Positions 19,073-28,553 of a DNA stretch of 64,000 bases are shown one piece after another. Positions within the stretch are counted from its first letter, which is position 1. The number at the start of each line of letters is the position of its first letter. The position numbers were made by a program, and so were the translations under genes. The notes under the pieces were generated by a model. It was not told the DNA's origin. It did not search any database and saw only the letters and a list, made by a program, of their open reading frames with translations. Origin of the DNA: Candidatus Latescibacterota bacterium (GTDB lineage Bacteria; Latescibacterota; CBDEFO01); NCBI GenBank assembly GCA_965248755.1, contig OZ252149.1:896001-960000 (forward strand). The letters are read 5' to 3'.

Positions 19073-19641
19073 GGTAATTTCTCCTTTCTTATTGCGCTCC
19101 AGATTCCAGCATCAATTATATCTTCTTCACCGCTAGGTCCAAATGCATCATATGTTCCCTCCATCATGGGGTTGTTTACGATTCCACTTGTCGTCAGCTG
19201 ATATTTGGGAGGGTAAAACGCGCCAGCTCTGAGGAATATTACCAATGGCCACTCAAACGAGAAACGATAACTACCAGATATCAATGTATCCGCTTGGGCA
19301 TCTGATAGTATTATGAACACCCCGCCAACACCCAATGGAGTATCTGTATTTTTTGGACTTCTGTTCGCTATATCACTATAGTACGGGGGCAGTAAGTCCA
19401 TATTACCATAATTCAAGATGGCCACAAAAGTCTTTTCCTCCCCTGTGCTTTCGCTGATCAGGCTCCCTGTCCACAAGCCATCTATGATATTTCGAACCTC
19501 TTTTATATCAGGGTCTTCGTAATCGCCTTCCTCTATGACTTCCTCTATGACGCCTTTTTCACCGCACCCCGCTGAGAATAGAGAGATTATAAACACGCTA
19601 GTTGCGGTTATCAAAGAGACTTTGCTCATCAAGCACTTCAT
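19069..19641 (-). CDS. Lipoprotein of unknown function, module B
   Basis: Lipobox SAGC, GLWTGSLISE, ends WSAIRKEKLP; ATGA overlap with protease B. Confidence 0.8.
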   Translation of the reverse strand: MKCLMSKVSLITATSVFIISLFSAGCGEKGVIEEVIEEGDYEDPDIKEVRNIIDGLWTGSLISESTGEEKTFVAILNYGNMDLLPPYYSDIANRSPKNTDTPLGVGGVFIILSDAQADTLISGSYRFSFEWPLVIFLRAGAFYPPKYQLTTSGIVNNPMMEGTYDAFGPSGEEDIIDAGIWSAIRKEKLP

Positions 19642-19898
19642 TTGTCCGTCCACTGCAATATTTCCCCTGACCCAGTTTAAATTGGAGTACGCTGTTTTCA
19701 GCCATACGTTGTATATACTAAGTATCCTCCCTTCTGCTTTAAGACCGAAACCACTTCCCACTTGTAATATCAAAGCTTTTTAAGTTAACACCAGTTACCT
19801 TTTTAGCATACAATAGGGAAGCCGAAGGGATAGGCTGATACCGATTTGCCAATATATAAACCAATTCTTTAGGGTGCGTTAAAAGACACCTAAGCTGA

Positions 19899-20534
19899 TT
19901 ATGGTGAGGAGAGTGTAAGTTTCCACGCCAGGTGATATTCTATTCTGCCATTGTTCTCCTTAGGAAATATAAGCAACGATGGCTGATCGTCAACGCTGGA
20001 AGGCAAAAATACTAATCTTTCCCTAGCTAAATTTATGGCTATATCCGCAGTAATAACAGGCGTCGTGGAGACATCTATCTGAGGATGGAAATCAGAGCCC
20101 ATAAGGATGACATTCCAGTTTGGGTCAACTGTGAAGCTGACGTATGCTCCATACACCGGAACCCCTTGTTGTCTCTGCTGAAAGGTTACATACCAGTTTC
20201 CAGAACCTTGTCTGGCCTCTTTAAACTCCAGATCAGGCATATTCACCTGAAGTAAATCCCTGTAATCGGTTATCAAGCTTCTGCTTATAGTTTCAACATT
20301 TCCTTTTTGCAGTGATACAGCACCGGCAAAATACCTATCGATCTTGATCCCATGGCCCATTATTCTATGGGGACTCTTGGTGATCGGATTCTGAAAGGCA
20401 GTAAGCTCGTTGCCATACATGTCCACGAGCATCTGTCGTTCCAACCCTCGCTGGGCATAGGAAGGACTGAAAAAAGCAAGGGATAAAACTACGCCCAATA
20501 CTAAAGATAAGCACCTGCAAGTTGAATGTCTCAT
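19899..20534 (-). CDS. Truncated protease paralog C: signal peptide + FTP + partial PepSY
   Basis: Paralogous to the protease N-terminus; ends at YHLAWKLTLSSP. Confidence 0.75.
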   Translation of the reverse strand: MRHSTCRCLSLVLGVVLSLAFFSPSYAQRGLERQMLVDMYGNELTAFQNPITKSPHRIMGHGIKIDRYFAGAVSLQKGNVETISRSLITDYRDLLQVNMPDLEFKEARQGSGNWYVTFQQRQQGVPVYGAYVSFTVDPNWNVILMGSDFHPQIDVSTTPVITADIAINLARERLVFLPSSVDDQPSLLIFPKENNGRIEYHLAWKLTLSSP

Positions 20535-21061
20535 GGCAATTTCTCCTTTCTTAATGCACTCCAAGTTCCAGAATCAATTGTATTTCCTTCACCGCGAGGT
20601 CCAAATTCCTCATATGTCCCCTCCATCATGGGGCTGTTTACGATTCCACTTGTTGTCAGCCGATATTTTGGAGGGGATGACCCGCCAGCTCTGATGAATA
20701 TTACCAATGGCCACTCAAAAGAGAAACGATAACTATCAGATATCAAGGTATCCACTTGGGCATCTGATTGTATAATGAACACCCCGGCAACACCCCCTGG
20801 AGTATCTGTAATTTTTGGACTTTTCTTCATTATATCAAAAAAGTGCGGTGGCAGTATGTCCAGATTACTAAAACTCAAAATGGCCTCAAAAGTCTTTTCA
20901 TCCCCTGTGCTTTCGCTGATCAGGCTCCCTGTCCATAGACCGTTTATGATCTCTCCTGGATCAGGTTCTTCTTTTTCTTCACCACACCCCGCTAAGAATA
21001 GAGATAATATAACGACACTAGATAGGTTTGTGACAAAAGACTTCCTCATCAAGCATTTCAT
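20531..21061 (-). CDS. Lipoprotein of unknown function, module C
   Basis: Lipobox LAGC, ends WSALRKEKLP; ATGA overlap with protease C. Confidence 0.8.
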   Translation of the reverse strand: MKCLMRKSFVTNLSSVVILSLFLAGCGEEKEEPDPGEIINGLWTGSLISESTGDEKTFEAILSFSNLDILPPHFFDIMKKSPKITDTPGGVAGVFIIQSDAQVDTLISDSYRFSFEWPLVIFIRAGGSSPPKYRLTTSGIVNSPMMEGTYEEFGPRGEGNTIDSGTWSALRKEKLP

Positions 21062-24000
21062 TCGTCTGTCCACTGCAATATTCCCCCTGACTGAGTTCAA
21101 ATTGGAGTACGCTGTTAGCAGCTATCCGTTTTACTTGATTAAGCATCCCTCCGTTCTATCTCAATCTGGAAACCACTGCACACTTGCGGAATCAAAGCTC
21201 ATTAAGTTAATAGCAATGCCGTTTTTGGCAGATGCTCAGGCAACCACCCTACTGTTACGTAGAATTCGTGAACGACGCTGCACTTGCAGATGTGCTTGAC
21301 AATCTTCTGCACTCCCTGTACATTAGAATGCAAGTCTAATTTCTGCGACGCTATAAACGTTCCCCCATTTTATCTGTTGGATAATATTTGACTGTGACAT
21401 TTTCTGTCACAGATTACGGAATTCCCGCAATGTTCTTGTTAAGTATTTCTACAGGATAATATGATGGCTTGTCTGATCCCGAATTAGGTATAAAAAGGTA
21501 ATTCTTTGTCATGTACTTGAAGTAGCCAAAGATGATTTTGGTTTCGAAAAGGAGGATTTCAGATTGGCGAGTACACAACACAACACTCCCTTTCATAAAT
21601 ATTGAATCCAGCCCAAATACAACACGTAGTTTCCTCGGATCGGGATAGGGAAACACCCAAACTGAATTCGCATCTTAATATACGAGAATTCCTACACTCT
21701 GTCAAGCTTTTCTTAGTACTATTTTGAAGATAACCATAATATGTTACATAATATAGAATATATCAACGATTATATAAATACTATAAGACATTTGTAAACA
21801 TGAACTATATCAGCTATAGTTGTCAAAGCCAGGGAAGTTGGAAATACAGAAGTCATCACCATTCCAAAGCCCATCTCTCAACTTCTGCATATCAGGAATC
21901 TGGAACCTGTGGTCGAAGCTGCGAACGGCAGAGCCCCTTTGTCTTTGGCTGTTGGCGTATCTCCACACCGCAAAGTGTGCTGCGTTCCAGGCCGCTTGGG
22001 AAGCTGGCGCGGATGCAGTTGTGCGCTGGCACCTCCTGCAGCAGACGCGGATTTGGACATTGATCTCCGATTGAATCTATCAAGGATTGATTTTGAAAGG
22101 CAACCGATTCCTTGGCTGACTACGACTGACACAGGTTTAGACAGCCCCCTGATCGTGCACACTGGATATAGCTTCGGCGAGCCGATCATTCCCCTTGACC
22201 CATCCTACAGACCCCGAAAGAATGATCCCCGATTGCTTCTATCGGGGAGTGCAGGCCTCTTTTTCACCTCTTATTCCCGCCGCACAGTTGATCATAGAAC
22301 ACTGTTCATTAGAAAGCATGGTGAACTCATCTGCATGGGAGGCCCCAATGACCATTGACATTGAAAATAGTTACGCCAAGTACGTCATTCAGAGCGATGG
22401 CAGGAATCTCCATTTTGTGGACAAGTCAACGGGGCTAGACTATTGCGTCCAGAACCCCAGATCCTCGTTTGCCCGCGTGAAGAAAACAGGCCGGTACTAC
22501 GGCGCTTCATCGGTCTCCTACACCGATGGGCAAATAGAAGTGCAGTTTGGAGAATCGGGGGTGAGCGGTGTCATAGGAGTTGTCACCCATGACCACTATT
22601 TCATCCTGGAAGTTGTGTCCGTGGGCGACGAGCATGTGGAAGAGCTGGTGTTCGCCGACATCCGACTCACGCTTGGAGGAGTGACGGAAGAATCCTTCGC
22701 CGCCTGTGCACTTGCGCTGAATCTCCAGACCAAAGTCACTGAATTACCGGGACCGAACAGCCATCTCCGAGCCGCGTGCTATCCAAGATTCGGATTTCCC
22801 GGTGCCAAGGTGGCTCTTATCGGATGTCCACAGAGCGAACTTCGCAGGGTGTTGCAGGAGGCGGTAAGTGCCGCTGAAGAGCTGCCTCACTCGGCCATCG
22901 GAGGGTCGTGGGCGTTAGATGCTCCCATAAACAAAGGCTCGTATCTTTTCAATTTTGGCAACGTTACCGAGGAGACAGTAGACGACTGGATCGGCTTGGT
23001 CCAGAGCCTGGGATTCAAACAGCTCGATTTCCACGGAGGGCGCTCCTTCCGATTTGGAGACTGCCGGCCCGATCCAGAGATGTACCCGCATGGGTTGGCC
23101 AGCCTGAAGGCCGTGATTGACAGGCTCCACGCGGCGGACATCGCAGCGGGCCTGCACACCTATTCATTCTTGATCGACAAGAGTTGCCCATGGGTGACTC
23201 CCGTTCCTGACCCGCGTCTGGGGATGGATGCGACATTCACTCTGGCCGAGCCGTTGACGCCCAAGGCCGCCGCGGTGCCGGTAGTCGAGTCAACAGTGAA
23301 TATGTCCACAATCACGGGCTTTGTCGTGCGCAATAGCGTAACGCTGCAGGTCAATAACGAGCTTATTACGTACACCGGTGTCACCAGGGATCCGCCGTAC
23401 GCTTTCACCGGCTGCGAACGAGGCGCCTACGGCACTCGCGTCGAACCCCACGCCAAAGGAGCTGAGGTACACCATCTCAAGGAGTGCTACGGGCTGTTCG
23501 TGCCCGATGCTGATTCCACACTCCTTGCGGAAGTGGCGGCCAAGACTGCGGAAGCCTTCAACGAATGCGGCTTCGACATGATATACCTGGATGCTCTGGA
23601 CGGCGAGGACGTCCTGGGAGGCGAGGAAAACGGCTGGCACTACGGTTCGAAGTTCGTCTTTGAGCTGTGGAAGCGACTGAAGAAGCCGGCGCTTGTGGAG
23701 ATGAGCACGTTCCACCATCACCTCTGGTTCGTCCGCTCCCGCATGGGGGCCTGGGATCATCCGAGGCGCAGTCACAAGAAGTTCATCGATATCCACTGCG
23801 AGGCGAACGAGAGCTACCAGCGTATGTACCTGCCGGTGAACCTGGGGTGGTGGGCCGTTAAGACCTGGTCCGGGGCTCAGGGCGAGCCGACATTCCCGGA
23901 TGACATCGAGTATCTGTGCTGCAAGTGTCTCGGGACTGACGCCAGCTTATCTTTGATGGGCATAGATCCCGACAATGCCCATGAGATTCCGGCGTTATCC

Positions 24001-24215
24001 AGGCTGGCCAACATCATAAAAGATTATGAAACCCTGCGCCTCTCGAACTATTTTCCAGAATCGGTTAAGGCCAAGCTGAGGGCACCGGGCGAGGAGTTTA
24101 CGCTGATGCGGAGTCCACGCGGAAAATACCAGTTCCAGCGCGTTCAGTACGCCAAGCACAAAGTGGAGTGTATGGACATGTGGAGCAACGCCTGGAAGAC
24201 CTATAATAGATTCGA

Positions 24216-25841
24216 CCGACATTCCCCATATCACATTCATGAGGGATTATATTTCGATACATTCTTGTTTCTGAATTAATATTACCACTTTTACATTTTT
24301 CAACAAGTACTTTTTTCAATTAAAATAGTATTTTCCTCTGAATTATCACTTTCTTTGTGTTTAAATCCTCCAATTAGAGACACCTCTCCATCGACTCACA
24401 AAAAAATGTGGCAGTTTAAACAGAATAACATCGCAATCGTTCAATCCGGGATAATATTTCGGCAAATAACCTCTTGTCTATCCCAACCTCAGCCATTTGA
24501 AACGTAATATATCCGCTGTGTCTGACAATCTTCGCTCCGATTTTGATAAATTTCACGAGGAGGCTGCGTAGTGACCAGTGTTTGATTTTCTTCGGAAGAA
24601 CAAAACGTCGCAGGAAGTTGCCCAAGTTGTAAGCCAGAACAAACAGCCAGAGCCTCACCTGATTGGAGACGAAACGCTTGCATGAGAGTCGGGTCCAGTT
24701 CAGAGCATACTTGCCCTCCTTAATCCACTGCTCAGCTCTGCCACGGCCATTGTAGAAGTGTACCACGCCTTCTGGCTTGGCGCTCATGTTGGTCACGATA
24801 AATCCCACTCTTGGGAATAACTCCCCTTGGTGCCATTCAACCTTGGCGACCACTCGCCTCGATTGATCCCAACTGGCCGCTTTATATTGAAATTCATATA
24901 ACGATACAATCGGTTTCCTCGGCGGTCGTCCAACTGGCCGAGTCAGCAGGTATCGTATCTTTTCATAGAGTATCTCATTTGCGGGAAGCCGAATGGCATA
25001 CAAATAGCCGTTTCCCTCCAGATAATCATAAATCTCAGGCTTTGCGAATGCAGCATCGCCTCGAAAGTATTTCCTATTCTTCTTGCTCTCGTATCTCTTG
25101 ACGATCGGTTCCAGAACTTCCTTCCAACGATCAGCACTGTGAACATTACCAGAGCGAAGTAGGACTCCTTCACAATCCCCGAACTGATTGAAGCAGAACA
25201 CTGGATGAAAACAGGTACATCCGAAATGACCGTTGTAAGCTGATCCTTCCTGCTGGCCATGTACCGGACTCTCCGAACTGTCCATGTCCAGAATGATTCG
25301 TTGATGCTGTGTTTTACTCATCGCTTTTTGAACCCACTTGCCATTGATATCTGACAAGTTTCTGAGATTGTCATGCTGAGTCAGTATATCAGTTTCAAAA
25401 CGTCCTATCGTGTTGGAGCTGGCAGCTTGCCTGCCTTTGTCCTTCTTTCCGGTAATCGCTCGCATGACGGGATCAACGGATAATCGCTCGGCGTCATTTA
25501 CATCTTCATATCCTGCAAGACGGCTGTATATCGATTGACGCAGGAGAGTAGATATATCATGTTGGATATTACGGCCTGTGCGTTTATCGGTAAAAACCGC
25601 TGATACCGAATCAAATAATCCCAGTGCGTAATCAAGGTCACGATACGCAAGAAGTCCACCGTTTGATGTCACCTTTGCACCATGAAATTCAAGCTTTATT
25701 CCTCCATCAAAACCTACTTTCATTCTTTCACCCTCTGGATGATCAATATTTATCCGCCATTTATGAGTCTTATTTATTGTAATATAACATGTTCTGGCGA
25801 CTTTGACAACCATTTTTCGGGTCTAATATGGCGAATGGGGG
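24216..25841 (-). mobile_element. IS1380-family insertion sequence, apparently complete
   Basis: IRs CCGACATTCCCCATAT / CCCCCATTCGCCATAT; 5-bp target duplication TTCGA at 24211-24215 and 25842-25846. Confidence 0.92.
24416..25723 (-). CDS. IS1380-family DDE transposase
   Basis: LEFHGAKVTSNGGLL, GYEDVNDA..L..DP, LDMDSS, RGDAAF, YNGRGRAEQWIKEGK. Confidence 0.93.
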   Translation of the reverse strand: MKVGFDGGIKLEFHGAKVTSNGGLLAYRDLDYALGLFDSVSAVFTDKRTGRNIQHDISTLLRQSIYSRLAGYEDVNDAERLSVDPVMRAITGKKDKGRQAASSNTIGRFETDILTQHDNLRNLSDINGKWVQKAMSKTQHQRIILDMDSSESPVHGQQEGSAYNGHFGCTCFHPVFCFNQFGDCEGVLLRSGNVHSADRWKEVLEPIVKRYESKKNRKYFRGDAAFAKPEIYDYLEGNGYLYAIRLPANEILYEKIRYLLTRPVGRPPRKPIVSLYEFQYKAASWDQSRRVVAKVEWHQGELFPRVGFIVTNMSAKPEGVVHFYNGRGRAEQWIKEGKYALNWTRLSCKRFVSNQVRLWLFVLAYNLGNFLRRFVLPKKIKHWSLRSLLVKFIKIGAKIVRHSGYITFQMAEVGIDKRLFAEILSRIERLRCYSV

Positions 25842-27098
25842 TTCGAACGTCAGTCCGTTGGTCTGCGCATCGAAGCGTTGATGGCCGCCGGCCCCTACGA
25901 TGCAGCGGGGAATGTGACCCTGGCCGATTTCGAGGATGTCGCGGATTTCGACGATCGGGAAGCCGAGTCTGAGATTCAGGTAGACCTGCGGATGTCGTGG
26001 GACAATGTGCAAAGCGGAACGAGCAGCGGTTTCCTGACGGCGTCGAGCAGTCGGTCAAGCCGGAAGGGCGCGTGGACGAAGGTCGGCAAGAGGTTCTCGC
26101 CCCCGATTGACCTCAGCGCGCTTGAGGGCCTCGGAGTCTGGGTGTATGGCGACGGCAAAGGAGAAGTCCTGAACTTCCAGGTGAGAAGCCCCGAACATGT
26201 TGTTGCGGGCATCGGGGAGCACTACGTTATCGTCGACTTCATGGGGTGGCGCTATTTTGAGCTGATCGAGCCCGAGGGGGGCCGCTACGCCGATTACGCG
26301 TGGCCATATGGCCACGCGTATGCGATTTACCGCGAACGCGTGCAATACGACCAGGTGGCAGGCCTTTGCCTGTGGTATAACAACCTGCCTCCGAACGATG
26401 CGGCAACTTGCTACCTAAGTCCCATCAAGGCCCTGCCGCTGGTCAATGCCACACTCATCAATCCCGCAGTCACTCTGGGCGACAGAAGGATTCTCTTCCC
26501 CACAGATATTGAGAGCGGATGCTACCTGGAGTTCCATTCGATGTCAGACTGCAAGCTTTACGGTCCCCAGGGTGAACTGATCCGTGAGGTAGTTCCAGAA
26601 GGGGGCGCGCCTGTCGTCGAAGCCGGAGAGAACCTGGTGAGCTTCACCTGCGACGTTCAAGGGGACATCAATCCGCGAGCCTTTGTGACAGTAATCAGCC
26701 GGGGTGAGTCGCTATAGAAACTTCTTGAATATTCCCTTAACGTTCTGTGAAACAGTTTTGGCATAGGTGGTCGCAGAGCCCTCACTCCCTTACTAAGTGA
26801 GATGTGCGAAGCGTCTTCCAGGTGTCTGAGAAACTTTCTCACATAATCTGTCTTAATCATTCCTCTGTCTTAATCATTCCAAGGAGGCCTGCCCCCGAAT
26901 GATTCTATCGGAGGTTCATACCGAAGCGGTCACATATATGGTTTCTTCCGTGACAGAAAGCCCCGATTGATTCTATCGGGAGGGTTGCTTGGCGTCGCTC
27001 GCATTGACAGTGCCAACTATTATTCTCCTTCCTATACCTATGGCGTTGCATATATTACGTGTTATCAATAGGATAAACAACGCCATCTTAAATTAATT

Positions 27099-28448
27099 GG
27101 GTGTGTAAGGAAATTTGTGTAAATGGGGAAATGAGTTATATTAGTTGGCCACCATTTACATAAGGAGTTCTTACATGGACAAGCTAGACCCGAAGTTGAT
27201 TGATGAGCTTTTGAAGGATTACAAGAAGCCGGAAGACATAATTGGTGAGGAAGGTCTTTTGAAGCAGTTGACGAAGGCGATTCTTGAGCGGGCTCTGGAG
27301 TCAGAGCTTACGTATGAGTTAGGCTACGATAAGAGTTCTCCAGAAGGGAGGAACAGCGGTAATTCGCGCAACGGTAGGAGCACAAAGGGATTGAAGACAG
27401 ATTATGGTGATCTGGAGATATCGGTGCCACGGGATCGGAACAGTCAGTTTGATCCGCAGATAGTGAGGAAGGGGCAGAGGCGATTTACAGGTTTTGATGA
27501 TAAGATACTGTCTATGTATGCCCGAGGGATGACCACACGTGATATACAGGCTCATTTGGAGGAGATATACGGTGTAGAGGTGTCCCCTGATTTGATATCG
27601 ACTGTGACCGATGGGATCATATCAGAGGTGAAGCAGTGGTAGGATCGTCCTTTGGAAGGGGTGTATCCCATAGTATTCTTTGATTCTCTGGTGATGAAGA
27701 TTAGAGACGAAGGCCGGATCGTATAACAAGGCGGTGTATCTTGCGGTAGGGGTTGGTCTGGATGGGATGAAAGACGTTTTGGGTATCTGGATTGCAAAGA
27801 GCGAGGGGGCGAAGTTCTGGTTGCAAGTTTTCACGGAGCTTAAGAATCGGGGGATGAACGATGTGTTGATAGCTTGCGTGGATGGTCTCCAGGGTCTTCC
27901 AGAGGCTATTGAATCCGTATTTCCCCAAGCAGAGGTCCAGCTCTGTATTGTCCATGTGGTGAGGAATTCCTTGAAGTTCGTGTCGTATAGGGATCGTAAG
28001 AAGATTGCCGCCGACCTCAAGAAATATATACCGAGCCCCCACGGTAGAACAGGCTGAAGAGGCCCTTGGAGATTTTCAGGAGGCTTGGGACAGCCGTTAT
28101 CCGATGATAAGTAAATCGTGGCAGAATAACTGGTCTCGGATCATCCCGTTTTTCGCCTACTCTGAAGAGATCCGAAGGGTGATCTATACCACAAACGCCA
28201 TCGAATCGCTTAATAACTCTCTACGGAAAGTAATAAAGAACAGAAATAGCTTCCCAAACGACGAGGCAGCGATTAAGTTACTCTATATGGCACTCGAGAA
28301 TATCAAGAAACAATGGACGATGCCGATCAGGAACTGGAGCTTGGCCATTCACCAATTCTCCATCCACTTCGAGGGGAAATTTGGTATAGAATAAGCCGAA
28401 AAGGGTACAGAAGAAAATCCCATTTACACAAAAAAACTGACAGACCCC
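27099..28448 (+). mobile_element. IS256-family element with inactivated transposase
   Basis: IRs GGGTGTGTAAGGAAATTTGTGTAAATGGG / CCCATTTACACAAAAAAACTGACAGACCCC. Mutator transposase motifs (RNG, PRDR, MYARGMTTRDI, DGLQGLPEAI, IYTTNAIESLN) broken by TAG at 27640 and two frameshifts. No target duplication evident. Confidence 0.92.
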
Positions 28449-28553
28449 ACTTTTAGACTGAAAGGGGAAATTGACAGGGATTTATTAAGCAGAATATTGC
28501 GATCAGCCCGGATCAGTAAGGATGATTAGGAAGGGCTATAAGGCTTTGAGTGC

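Larger units (their letters stand above)
17875..21200. repeat. 290-bp apparently exact direct repeat (17875-18164 and 20911-21200): leader plus lipoprotein 5' end
   Basis: Identical from TTTCGCTGATCAGG to GGAATCAAAGCTC, offset 3036. Confidence 0.9.
22348..26717 (+). pseudogene. Large carbohydrate-active-like protein (putative TIM-barrel glycoside hydrolase with C-terminal CBM-like domain) interrupted by IS1380
   Basis: RBS GGAGG + ATG 22348; YPHGLASLKAVIDRLHAADIAAGLHTY and FNECGFDMIYLDALD; C-terminal LGVWVYGDGKGEVLN..VDFMGWRYFEL. Removing the IS plus one TTCGA restores the frame (NRFERQSVGLRIEALMA). Confidence 0.8.

Noticed and set aside
14289..21200. Diversity-generating retroelement or invertible shufflon
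   Set aside because: No reverse transcriptase or recombinase nearby; the repeats are direct and the differences are not adenine-specific by eye.
21210..22340. ORFs 21414-21656, 21820-22074 and 21909-22358
   Set aside because: No recognisable motifs or RBS; probably decayed fragments or non-coding.
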